Notes: generated by a model from the sequence alone, not told the origin. A stretch of 40,788 nt of DNA from Octopus bimaculoides (GCF_001194135.2 NC_068990.1:91835551-91876338); one strand, 5' to 3'; positions 12,301-23,205 are shown, counted from the stretch's first letter. Numbers and translations are program-made.

Positions 12301-12754
12301 TACAAACTCATATACATGCACACAAAACACACGTACCAAACAAACAGACACACACACAAACACAAGCCATTGACACGAACCATCCGCAGATAGAGATACA
12401 TACTACTGAAAGACAATATTATACCGGAAAGGTATAATTAACCACAAGTAAAGACTTGAACCAATCTCTCAGGCTTTGCCTTTAAACATTACCACTGCCC
12501 CATATCTCGCAGCATCATCCTGTGGGGAAGCGCATGGCACACAAGCTTGACGTGTGGTGTCATCTCATTCTTGCTACCAAAGATCGGATACATGCTCCCA
12601 TACGCCCTGCCCTAGCTAATGGAAACCACATCGCCCCATGCATCACTCAAAGCTTTCTTCGGTTGTGAACACACTGAAAAGCAGAAATTTGTCTCTTCTA
12701 CTTTTTCTATGATAAAACTGTTTGGCAAAGGTTCTTTCACCACATTTTTAGATG

Positions 12755-13175
12755 AACGCATGGCAATGTGGTTAAGAAGTTTGCTTTGCAACCACGCGCG
12801 CTCGGTTCGAGTTCCACTACACGCCATTTTGGACAAGTGTTTTCTATCATAGCTCTAGGCCGATTTTATGAATGAATTTGGTAAATAGAAAATGTGAAAA
12901 CACGTCGTGTATGATTGTGTGTGTGTGTTTATGTATGAATAAATGTGTGTATGTGTGTGTGTGTGTCTTTGAGCTCGTATTTGTCTCTCCACTGCTTGAC
13001 AACTGATTTGCTTTGTTTAACACTCCCGTAACTTAGCGGTTCGGCAAAAGAGTTCCAGCAGAATAAGTAACAAACTTTAGAAAATAAGCACCGACGCCGA
13101 TTCGTTCAGTTAACATTATAAGGGATGCTCCAACATGGCTGCAGTTCAAAAACTGAAACGAGTAAGCGCATAAAA
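12755..13175 (+). mobile_element. Family A SINE, diverged full-length copy
   Basis: Head, internal (TG)n, CTTAGCGGTTCGGCAAAAGAG and GATGCTCCAACATGGCTGCAG tail. Confidence 0.8.
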
Positions 13176-13277
13176 CCGACAAAGAGTGAACTGTTCCACA
13201 TGCAGAAGTTCTTTCTGATTTGCAACACTAGCGAATGTAGTTTTTATAACTGTGCAAGCAGTGCAAATTTTGGTACT

Positions 13278-13893
13278 TTTTGGTTATCTCACCCACCATT
13301 AAAAAATTGGGTCATCTGCCCCCGTTTTTATGAAAAATATCGATATTTTTGGTTATCTCCCTCAACTAAAAGACTTGTTTAACCCTCAATAAAACAAAGA
13401 AAAAATGAAAAAAATTATTAAACATGAAAACAGAAAAAAAATAAAAAGAAAAACTGAAAAGATTAATCATCTTATTGAATCTAATAATTTATTTCTTTAT
13501 TGCCCACAAGGGGCTAAACATAGAGGGGACAAACAAGGACAGACAAAGGGTTTAAGTCGATTACATCGACTCCAGTGCGTAACTGGTACTTATTTAATCG
13601 ACCCCGGAAGGATGAAAGGCAAAGTCGACCTCGGCGGAATTTGGAACTCAGAACGTAACGGCAGACGAAATACCGCTAAGCATTTCGCCCGGCGTGCTAC
13701 CGCTTCTGCCAGCTCTAATAACATTTTTATAACAGATCATACCATGCCTGTTAAGGAGGCCGAACGTCGATTGAATCAAACGGATCTAATACATTTTATC
13801 CAATCTCTTGTCGCCACGCAAACTCAACTTTTAAGCGGGGAGATAACCCAATTTTTTAATGCCAATTTTTTAATGGGGGTGAGATAACCAAAA
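13278..13893. mobile_element. Putative MITE (32/33-bp inverted repeats) interrupted by a family B SINE
   Basis: TTTTGGTTATCTCACCCACCATTAAAAAATTGG (13278-13310) vs CCAATTTTTTAATGGGGGTGAGATAACCAAAA (13862-13893); one indel. Confidence 0.65.
13488..13713 (-). mobile_element. tRNA-derived SINE (family B), full length with 8-bp TSD TCTAATAA
   Basis: Head GCTGGCAGAA..GTAGCACGCCGGGCGAAATGC, B box GAGTTCCAAATTCC, central CCGAGGTCGACTTTGCCTTTCATCCTTCCGGGGTCGAT..TAAGTACCAG (Meta/MESC-domain-like, from memory). TSD at 13480-87 and 13714-21. Confidence 0.88.
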
Positions 13894-14421
13894 TAAGCAC
13901 CCAAATGTTTTTCCTATTCTATCTCCATTATCTTCCGACATATTATAATTAATCTGTGTGCATTTTACGGGCTTTGTTTGTGTGCGTGTGTGTTTTTTCT
14001 AAAATATCAATGTCCGTTCGTATGTTTGCGGTTTCATTTATTTTAGTGTCCCCAAGTTTCACCCTTTTTTCTCCATTTTATTATTTTGATTTTTTTTAAC
14101 AATCTGTTTTTATTTTTCAGAATTTTTCACATTTTTGTGGTCATGTACGTTGCTACAGCCTTTTTGGTTAATACTTCCTGCCGCTATCTCACATAGCAAA
14201 CCTATGTCTTGGTAAACAGGACAGACACTCAAAAGTTCCAAAGTTCATGTGTATGTGTGTGTGTGTGTGTACGTGCGCGCGTGTATGGGTGTGTGTATGT
14301 ATATGTACCCCACACACTCATATTTATGTATATATGTTTGTTCGAAGTAAAATGTAATATTCCAATTCTTTTGGGAGTTTCGTTACGAATTCCTACTTGG
14401 AACAAACAACAACAACAACAA

Positions 14422-14924
14422 TAGGCAATACGTCAGAAAGCGGTAAATGCAGAATCTGTGGACAAAATGATGAAATCGTATGGCATATTACCAGCCAATG
14501 TATGCCGCTAGCCCAGAAAGAATATAGGAGACGCCATGACAATATGACCAGGCGTGTTCATTGGGCACTTTGCAACAAGTATGGACTTGATAGAGCAAAA
14601 AATTGGTACGACTACAAACCCGAAAGCATTATCGAAAATAATAATGCAAAGATCCTGTGAGATCTTATAACTCAGTGCGACCATGAGATAGAGAATGGGA
14701 AGCCAGACATATTCTGAATTGAGAAAGAAAACAAACTATGCTGAATCATAGATATAGCATACCCAGCTGACAACAAGGTATGCGATAAGGAAGAAAGAAA
14801 AGTCGATAGGTATAACAGGTTAGCTTGGGAGGTTAAGCAGTTGTGGTCGACGAAAAAGGTGGAAGTAGTACCAATAATTGTCGGAGCCCTGGAAACAGTG
14901 AGTAAAAATCTTGAGAAGTACATT
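14422..14924 (+). mobile_element. R4/Dong-type (RLE) non-LTR retrotransposon remnant
   Basis: CCHC knuckle CRICGQNDEIVWHITSQC, then RRRHDN, KIL*D..., KPDI, IIDIAYP, K..Y, VVPIIVGAL in one frame with three in-frame stops. Preceded by (CAA)n; cut by a SINE at 14925. Confidence 0.85.
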
Positions 14925-15098
14925 GCTTGACAACCGATGCTGGTGTGTTTACGTCTCCGTAACCTAGCGGTTCGGCAAAAAGAGACCGATAGATTAAGTA
15001 CTAGGCTTCCAAAGAATAAGTCCTGGGGTAGATTTGCTCGACTAAAGGCGGTGCTCCAGCATGGCCGCAGTCAAAGGACTGAAACAAGTAAAAGAGAA
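14925..15098 (+). mobile_element. Family A SINE 3' half
   Basis: GCTTGACAACCG...AGGCGGTGCTCCAGCATGGCCGCAGTCAAAGGACTGAAACAAGTAAAAGAG. Confidence 0.85.
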
Positions 15099-15197
15099 TA
15101 ATGGGACTAAACCTGGCTGTAGATGAGACGAAGATATTTGAGAAGGAAATTTTACCAAATATCTGATTCTTTCAAATGGATTAGGAACATTCTAAGA

Positions 15198-15785
15198 CAT
15201 CATAATCGTCATTTTACGTCTGTTTTTGGTTGTTTGCATCCTGGTATGGGTTAGATGTGACTTCACTAGCACAGCGCTTGAACCCTTTGCGATTGTTCTG
15301 TGAGATGCGGGTTCCAGAGATTAGCTTTTATTTCATCATTTCCTCGCTGTTTTCTTGCGCCAGTTCTGCTCGCTTAGCACTTCTTTATTCAACATCCATC
15401 CTCCATAGACAACACATTCCATACCAACACGGTTTCCTCTCTTGCACACTACATTTGATCCCTCTTATACTTGGATTTTCTCTCCCTAATGTTATTCTGC
15501 CATTCATGTATGTACACTAACATTTATATGAGAATGTTTGCCTCATTTTACCCTTCTACACACTCCACATTCAGCGCTTATGTCTTCTGACCATGCAGCA
15601 TCATTCATCGTACACAAACATCATATAATCTGCCCTTCACCCGAAAAGTAAAACCCTTTGTTGCCAACAGAGATAACAGCTCCCTGAACTGTTTTCACCC
15701 TGATCTTTCTTAGGCTACAATCTTTTCGGATCACTTTCTTTCATTACTAATCATGTCGCTCACTTGGATAACAGAACTACTTCTA
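15198..15785 (-). mobile_element. RTE-clade LINE 3' remnant
   Basis: KQFRELLSLLATKGFTFRVKGRLYDVCVR*MMLHG and IRGIKCSVQERK..WYG (decayed RTE C-terminus); tail AACCCATACCAG...GACGTAAAATGACGATTATGATG. Confidence 0.8.
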
Positions 15786-15948
15786 GAAAGCCAGTCATAT
15801 CCGGCCCAAATAGTCAACCTGTTTTCGTGTTCAAACCGGCCCCTTGCATCTACCCTAAAACATTATTCAAACAATAAACAGACACGTCATCGAAATCTTG
15901 AAGTTGCGAGTTAATGCATGATTAATTCAAATCAATAAGAATAAATAC

Positions 15949-16096
15949 CATTATTTACATTTGACAGATATTTGTTCTCATCTTGTTTGTTGTTAGCACA
16001 ACGTTTCGGCTGATATACCCTCCAGCCTTCATCAGGTGTCTTGGGGGAATTTCGAACCTGGGTATTTTTCGATGTTATTACCACTACGCCATATGC
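15949..16096 (-). mobile_element. Family E element, inverted internally deleted copy
   Basis: Head GCATATGGCGTAGTGG jumps to TAATAACATCGAAAAATACC, then to CAGGTTCGAAATTCCCCC, hammerhead and a 3' tail ending TGTCAAATGTAAATAATG. Confidence 0.8.
15995..16040 (-). ncRNA. Minimal type-I hammerhead ribozyme motif (family E copy 2)
   Basis: GACAC-CTGATGA-A-GGCTGGAGGGTATATCAGCC-GAAA-CG-TT-GTGCT. Intact core, palindromic AACGTT at stem III. Confidence 0.75.
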
Positions 16097-16100
16097 TCAC

Positions 16101-16376
16101 GGGCATATGGCGTAGTGGTTAAGAGCGCGGGTTACTAACCCCAAGATTCCGAGTTCGATTCCAGGCAGTGACCTGAATTATAATAATAATAATNNNNNNN
16201 NNNTAGTGGTTAAGAGCGCGGGTTACTAACCCCAAGATTCCGAGTTCGATTCCAGGCAGTGACCTGAATTATAATAATAATAATAACATCGAAAAATACC
16301 TTAGGAGTGAGAACCCAGGTACGAAATTCCCCCAAGACACCCGATGAAGGCTGGAGGGTATATCAGCCGAAACGTT
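16101..16376 (+). mobile_element. tRNA-headed SINE-like element carrying a hammerhead (family E), forward copy
   Basis: A box TGGCGTAGTGG (16108-18), B box GTTCGATTCC (16153-62), tRNA-Ser(GCT)-like AGTGGTTAAG..GCG..TTACTAA, then (TAA)n, spacer, hammerhead. 16204-16284 repeats 16113-16193 across a 10-N gap (likely assembly overlap). Confidence 0.75.
16336..16376 (+). ncRNA. Degenerate hammerhead motif (family E copy 3; U4>C in core, stem I 3' strand missing)
   Basis: GACAC-CCGATGA-A-GGCTGGAGGGTATATCAGCC-GAAACGTT, then divergent sequence. Confidence 0.6.
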
Positions 16377-16469
16377 ATTGATTAAAACATTCAATAAGCA
16401 CAAACAAAATCCTCTAAAATCTGTAGACTCCTTAGGAAGTCACATTGGTTCCAAAGAAAAGGATGTAAA

Positions 16470-16900
16470 CATTTTTCTTGCAGAAATCTGGGCTGCTTTT
16501 GATGGCTTCAGTGCCTGATGATCTTCAGAGACGTTTCTTCTCTTCTGTTTTAAGTGGAATCGTTCTTATTGTATGGGTCCACTGCTTGGATATTCATGAA
16601 ACACCTGGAGACAAGACTCGATGCGGCTTAGACTCGTATGCTGTGGGTTATCCTAAATATCTCACAGAAATGAAGATAGCATTGCAGCCTTCTTGCAATT
16701 AGTGGTGTCATTAGAGAGAGACGCATGCATTTTGCAGGATATTGCTGGAGAGAGAGAGCAAAGCAAGGGCTTAAAATACACACCATTGGACAGGTTAACA
16801 TGGAACAGCCATTCTTTAAAGATCATCATCAACCAATTATGTGCAGACACAGGTGGTCATCCTGATGCTGACAACCTGAATGTTATGAAAGATTGTGCAA
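16470..16900 (+). mobile_element. RTE/RTEX-like LINE C-terminal remnant
   Basis: SVPDDLQRRFF / FLLYGSTAWIFMKHLETRLDAA*TRMLWVILNIS / RMHFAGYCWR across frameshifts. Confidence 0.75.
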
Positions 16901-17151
16901 GTGGCACATAAAATACACCATTCGGAGCGTGGCCATTGCCAGCACCGCCTGACTGGCCTTTGTGCCGGTGGCATGTAAAAGCACCCACTACACTCTCTGA
17001 GTGGTTGGCGTTAGGAAGGGCATCCAGATGTAGAAACTCTGCCAAATCAGATTGGAGCCTGGTGTAGCCATCTGGTTCACCAGTCCGCAGTCAAATCGTC
17101 CAACCCATGCTAGCATGGAAAGCGGACGTTAAACGATGATGATGATAATGA
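16901..17151 (+). mobile_element. SINE (family F) with RTE-type tail
   Basis: GGTTGGCGTTAGGAAGGGCATCCAG central motif (resembles V-domain, from memory) and CCAACCCATGCTAGCATGGAAAGCGGACGTTAAACGATGATGAT tail. Confidence 0.8.
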
Positions 17152-19371
17152 TTGAGTCAGGCAAAGCCAAACAAGCTCAAAAGAATAATGACTAATTCTT
17201 TTTTCTCATCTATGTTGTTTGTTTTTCACTTATTTTGATTTGTGTCTGTGTGTGTGGGGGGGGGGGGATTTTAAAANNNNNNNNNNGTGTGTGTGGGGGG
17301 GGGGTGATTTTAAAAATCACCGAATCAAAACAGATAATGAATGGAGATGGACGGAGTGTCAGCACAAAGTCCAATCCTTGTGTGATGTAGTAGCAAGCAT
17401 GCCTCAATGACTCTGAGAGCTGTGCCAGATGCCAGCAGAGCCAGGGATGCCTATGCTGGACAGGTCAAAGGTCAAAGGTGAGAGGTCTGACTAATATGGA
17501 GAACCTCTTCCTAGAAGTAAAAATGGCTTTGAAAAGGACTCACATCTCCCTAGCAAAAAAAGAAAATCAAAAGTTACAGAAGGATTAACAATAATTCAAA
17601 CCCAACAAAAACGTGGGAGAAGAAAGGACAGCCTAGGGTCGATAACAGTGGGGAAAAGTTGACAATGGTCTGTGTACCATGAGGAGGGGATTAATTGTGG
17701 ATGGAGTGGGAAAAAAACATGGGAACAACCTTCAAAAGGAAAAAACAGTCAGACAAAAAGCTATTTTAAAATGATTAAATTAACAAAAAAGTAATTAAGA
17801 TTTGAAACTTTTTCTTTCTTTTTATTTTAAATTAGGAATAACAGAAATCAAAATATAAAATGATAATAATTCATAATTATAATGATAATAATATTAATAA
17901 TAATTATGGTAATTATAATAATCATAAGAAAATTAAAAAAAAAACAGAATTTATTCAATATATATATATATTTTTTAATTTTTTTTATTCCTTAGAACAT
18001 ATGGTTCTCAGTGTTAGCAGCATCACCACTTCACACCCTGACACTTGTACCCTCTTCTAGGATTAAGTAAGGAAAGGGTGCCATTGGGCAGTAGCAGGAT
18101 TTGAGGGGTGGGCCTACTGTGAAGTTGGGTGAGGGAGGTACCAAACAGTGCTGAGGTATGGCACACTGAAATAATACATTGTGTCCATCCATCTCTTCAA
18201 GAAACTGTTGAAGCAGAGCAGGAGAGGGTAAGCATTAAGGGCAGGGTCGATGGTTATCAGAAATATGATGCAAGGAAAGTAAGACAGAGATACAATGTAA
18301 GACATGTAATATCCAGACTAAGTGATGGATAGCAAAAATAAAATATGTGATGCCTAAAAACTAATATTGAATCACTGCCAGACTTTGACAGCAGCCTGTA
18401 TTTGGTATTTTAATGGAGCAAGTGGCATTAATTCAATCAAACGTAACGGATTAATAAAAAAAAAAAAAATTGTGAAATGCATATTTTTCGAATAAATTAT
18501 GAAAATTGTTGATACTATTCCAAACATGTCATTATTATTACACCATCCTTTTAGAGTTGATAAAATAAATGCCAGTTAATAACAGACAGCAAAAAAGGAG
18601 GTCATCCTTGATCAAATTTAACGTGCCCTTCTTTGTTCCAAAAAATTTTAGGCTTTGCATTTAACATTAAAAAAAGTATTTCGGAATTGGTAGAGCATCG
18701 GACAAAAATACTTTGTGTCATTTAAGTTAGGTCTCCATATGTTCTGAGCTCAAATCCTCTTTTTTTTCTTTTTCTTCTCCCAAAAGTGAGGGTAGGTAAA
18801 TTATAACACAACTCCAGTCAAATATGTGATACACAGTTTATCGAATCGATTTATAAATTCGTAGCTGTTTGCCAGTGTTAGAAATCATCGATTGTCGTCA
18901 ACATTATTATTCTTCTTATTATTATTACTACAGCCTATAACTATTACCATGGTGATATGCATACAGGATTATTGTGTCGCTTACTAGATCACCATGTTAG
19001 TTTTGCCAAGGGAGTCTGTTTTTTTTTTCTTCATTCTACCTTTTCATACAAAATGCTTTACAGACAGATTTTGAGATGGTGCGAAGCTCAGGGTCTGTTT
19101 GATGAGGTTCCGGTAGGATCACAGGAATGGAGTAGGAGCAGGGAGGAGAGGATAGGGTGAAGAGGCAGAGGTGGTGGGTGTGGTGGTGAGTTTGGTGCTG
19201 GCCTGGTTGAAAAAAAAACAAACAAAAAAAAAACTTGGAGAACCAATGTTCTAGTATCTAGAATGTTGTTCAAACGAGATGGAGAAGAAAAGAGGAAGAG
19301 GAAATGGTGATTGTGATGGAAAAGAAAAGTGAGAGACAGAGAGAGAGAGAGAGGGGGGGGGATGAACGAAG

Positions 19372-19418
<47 letters not shown>

Positions 19419-20932
19419 AACAAAAAGAAGACAACCGTAAATAAAAACATACTGAAATAATGGAGGAAAAAGATGAAATAACACATTTTACAAAAGAAAA
19501 CAATATATATATATATATACACATATATATACAAACATATATATATATGTAAATACATATATATATCTGAACACATGAAATGATAATAATAAATAAGTCC
19601 TTTTCTTCTGTGTCGTCACATTTTGCTGCGCTGTACGTAGAATTGTTTCTTTTCTTTTCTTTTCCGAGCGCTATGTCTAAATTGTTGTAAAGAAGAGAGC
19701 TGCTTCTCTCTTCTTTGTCTTTGTTATTGTCATTATTATTATTATTATTATTATTTTATATATTATTATTATTATTTATATAGATATTTTTTTAAAATTT
19801 ATTTTTGTTTTAGTTGTTTTGAAGTCCACGGAGAATGCATCATGGACAACCCTTTGGGATACCAAGTGGAGAGGGTGGGGTGGGGGTGGGAGCCTGTGGA
19901 CCGTGGCCATGGCAGGCCATAGAAGTCCAGTAGTGGATATTTCATCCACAGAATGGTCAGAAGTGAGCGGGGAGGGGAGAGGGGGCATTGTGGCGAAGGT
20001 CAAGGGTCACAATGGGAAACTAAAAAAAAATAATAAATGGCAGAGGTGGAGCAGGAGNNNNNNNNNNNNNNNNNNNNNNNNNNNNNNNNNNNNNNNNNNN
20101 NNNNGTTCGGGGTAGGGGTTTAAACAAGAAAGCTGTACATCAAGGAGGGGATTTCGTCTTTTCTGGGACATTTATGGAAAGAAGCAGATGACAACGAAGG
20201 TAAAATGGAGAGACAAGATAGATAGAGAGAGAGAGAGAGAAGAGAAGAAGAAACAGAAAAGAGAGACGTGAGGTAAAGGAGAAGTAAGAGAAAAATAGAT
20301 GAGAGATAGATAGATATAGGGGTAGATGAGAGAAGCTGGGTATTCATAATCAGGGGCAGCGAGGTGTGGAGGTGTGTTGAAGGCTATAACAACAACAACA
20401 ACAACAACAAAAGACAGAAATGGAAAGGATTTGGTTAGAAAGGAAACAACAATCACTGATTAATTTGTTTCTTTCTCAGTGTGTGTGTGTACTGATGTAT
20501 GTGTGTATGTATGTATGTCACCCCCCCATCCCTGGAATTTATAGCACTTTCCCCTCCCTTTCCAATCATTTGATTAGTGACGTCATCAATTAATGAATGT
20601 GTGATAATGAATAAAAGAAGAAGCAGCGGTAGGATACAAGGGACAGAGCAGAAGAAGAAGAAGAAGAGGGCGGTGATGGCATTAGTGGTGGGGATGGTGG
20701 CACTGAAGCTGAGGAGCGGTGGGAGGGGAGCAAAAAAAAAGAAAAGAAACAAAAACAAACAAAACCAAAATTTTTTTTTTTTTAAAAAAGAAAAAAAAAT
20801 CCCAACGGAATGACAGGACGAACAGACAGACAAGAAACAAAACAGAGAAACTGATGAATGATGTGTTGCAACAGTTAGCAGTCCATAGTTCCGTTGCTAA
20901 ACAGCGTGTGTATGTATATGTGAAATATATAT

Positions 20933-20966
<34 letters not shown>

Positions 20967-21513
20967 CGTGTGTGTGTGTATGTGTGAGATGATGATGATG
21001 TTGTTGTCTTTATTTTGGCTTCTCGTTTGTCTTTTCGTTTTGTTTTGTTTCTTTTCAGTCTCTCTTAATTTAATTTAATTTTCTCAGAAGTCTGTTTACA
21101 CATTTTGGTGCTTTTATACTCCAGTTCTTTATTAATTGGTCATGTCTGTAGATTACATACATACATGTGTATATATATATATATATGTTATATAATATAT
21201 ATATCTATCATACAGTTCATATTTATGCATCTATTATACATATATATATATATATTATACAATATACATATCAAGTACAGTATACCTAATATATATCATA
21301 AATGTATATGTATGTTTAATAGAGGGGTAATGGCGAGGAAAAGTAATGGTTGTAGTAGTAGTAGTAGTTGTATGGAGGTGGTGATCTTTAGTTACTGCTG
21401 TTGTGTGATGTGTAGAATGGCGGAAAGAGTTCAAAATTATAAGTCCTGTCTGGAAGACAAGGGAAAGGGATTCCGCCATGACTACCACCACGACCACCAC
21501 CACCAACGGACAG

Positions 21514-21927
21514 TCAACTCCGAATTGTCTCTCTCTTCAGGGAAAGTGGTTCAGACATCATCACTGGCTTTTGTAGAATGAGCAGTTCACTTTTGTCGGC
21601 AAATCTCTGTAGGGCGTCGTATTTTTGTCGCAATGAGTCCAGTTCCATTTTGACCACATTGTTCTCTCGTTGCAGCCGGTACACCTCAGCCCGTAGCTTT
21701 TCTCTCTCGATTTCCAGCTCCTCTTTCTGTGATATCCGCTTCTCGCGGCAGTTGGCAGCATAGCCTCTGTTCTTCAGTGTACGTCGACGCTGCTTTAGGC
21801 GGGACACTTGCTCTCTGGTGAGACCCTTCACTACCTGGTTTAGTTCTTTCACGGTGAGTCGGACAAGTTCATCATCGGACAAGTCAAACAGGCGAGCGTT
21901 GTCCGATTTGACTTGCGATAGGAAAAT
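21514..21927 (-). CDS. Maf: Main (last) coding exon of a small-Maf-type bZIP transcription factor (MafK/MafG/MafF, Drosophila Maf-S type)
   Basis: Translates [72 protein letters not shown]...[15 protein letters not shown]...RETIRS*. It has the Maf extended homology region, the Maf basic motif [13 protein letters not shown] and the small-Maf zipper (cf. MafK QKEELE...LDALRSKYEALQTFA). The frame is closed upstream by an in-frame TAG that is the AG of a (TC)n-TTTGTAG acceptor (21929-21928), so the exon is phase 0. There is no ATG before the EHR, so the TTG start in the ORF track is not the real start. Confidence 0.95.
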   Translation of the reverse strand: MFLSQVKSDNARLFDLSDDELVRLTVKELNQVVKGLTREQVSRLKQRRRTLKNRGYAANCREKRISQKEELEIEREKLRAEVYRLQRENNVVKMELDSLRQKYDALQRFADKSELLILQKPVMMSEPLSLKRETIRS

Positions 21928-21952
21928 CTACAAAGAGAGAGAGAGAGAGAAA
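21928..21952 (-). other. 3' splice site and polypyrimidine tract of the Maf main exon
   Basis: ttttctctctctctctctctttgtag|ATT on the minus strand. Confidence 0.85.
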
Positions 21953-22044
21953 ATAAGGAATTAATGAGAAATTAAAAAATAAAACAAATTAATTAAAATA
22001 GAATAATTAATACAGATTAATAAACAAAGCAGAATAATGTTTAT

Positions 22045-22282
22045 AATTTAATTCTTTATTGCCCATAAGGGGCTAAACAAAGCGGGGACAAACAAAGACA
22101 GACAAAGGGATTAAGTCGATTACATCAACCCCAGTGCATAACTGGTACTTATTCAATCAACCCCGAAAGGATGAAAGGCAAAGTGGACCTCAGCGGAATT
22201 TGAACTCAGGACATAACGGCAGACAAAATACCACTAAGCATTTCACCCGGTGTGCTAACGATTCTGCCAGCTCGCTGCCCTT
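22045..22282 (-). mobile_element. Family B SINE in the Maf intron, 11-bp TSD ATAATGTTTAT
   Basis: Same consensus; TSD at 22034-44 and 22283-93. Confidence 0.88.
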
Positions 22283-23205
22283 ATAATGTTTATGATAATA
22301 ATTACATATATTTAGCTAAACATTTCATTAGAGGCAATATCAGTCAAATACCAGGGTCAATGGCATTCAAACCAGTTATTTGAATGTTACATATGGAGAC
22401 AAGCTGGTTTTGAAATCATAAAGGAACAACAACAACTATGTTCTAAATTAGGCAGAAGAGGTTACAATGAGACCTTTACATAATTAAGTAGTCTTTTTCT
22501 GGATGCAGTCTAAGATTTGTGTGTGTGTGTGTGTGTGTAGCAGAGGCACAGTTCCAATTGTAAGAGCAAACACTCTTTTATAGGTCTCACATCAATAATT
22601 GCTGGGGGAATGAAGTACCTGCTGGACTTGAAGAGAAGGACCAGTGATCGGAATATAACCGTTTGTTAAGGATACACTTTCCCCAGGAAAGATCCTTGGT
22701 AAGTAATGAGAGATCAAGTCGTATGCTGTCCATGTTTAAAGAATATTTGAAATAAACAACAGTGAAAGAACATGAGTTGCCCACAAGAAATCAAAAATGG
22801 AATGGGAAAACACACACACAAATACAGCAAGAGACAGAAAGAGAGAGAGAGAGTGGCATATATAGACACATAAATACCCACCCACACACATATATATATG
22901 TATACAAACACACAGAGACACAGATTGAGAGAGAGCATGTGAATTCCATGGAGTAAATAGGAAGTGACTTCCTTGAGGTGGTTTTATGTCAGTGTGTTAC
23001 ACAATCGCCTTTTACATTGTTGTTGTTGTTATTATTATTATTATTTACACTGATAGCATTCTTTCATGTGATACATGAGTTTTATTTTGGAAAACTGATC
23101 TGTGGGGAAAAAAAACACATTCACACACACCCGCACATACACGAATACACACAAAGACAACTCAATAATGCTTTTCTTTACAGTCTAAAGTCTCTCACCC
23201 TCTCT

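Noticed and set aside
16101-16172. Possible tRNA gene
   Set aside because: Acceptor and T stems do not pair, there is no Ser variable arm and no T4 terminator; it is a SINE head.
16113-16284. Apparent tandem duplication of the family E tRNA-like head
   Set aside because: Identical 81-bp blocks flank a 10-N gap, as also seen at 17277 and 25564; most likely unmerged contig overlap.
16510-16550. CTGATGA (plus) and GAAACGTC (minus) hammerhead-like fragments
   Set aside because: On opposite strands with no stem II; inside the RTE coding remnant.
20578-20585. CRE palindrome TGACGTCA
   Set aside because: Single 8-mer downstream of the gene, compatible with chance; no supporting context.
22587-22784. 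65-aa minus ORF close to the Maf exon
   Set aside because: No homology recognised; available donors are weak or in the wrong phase.
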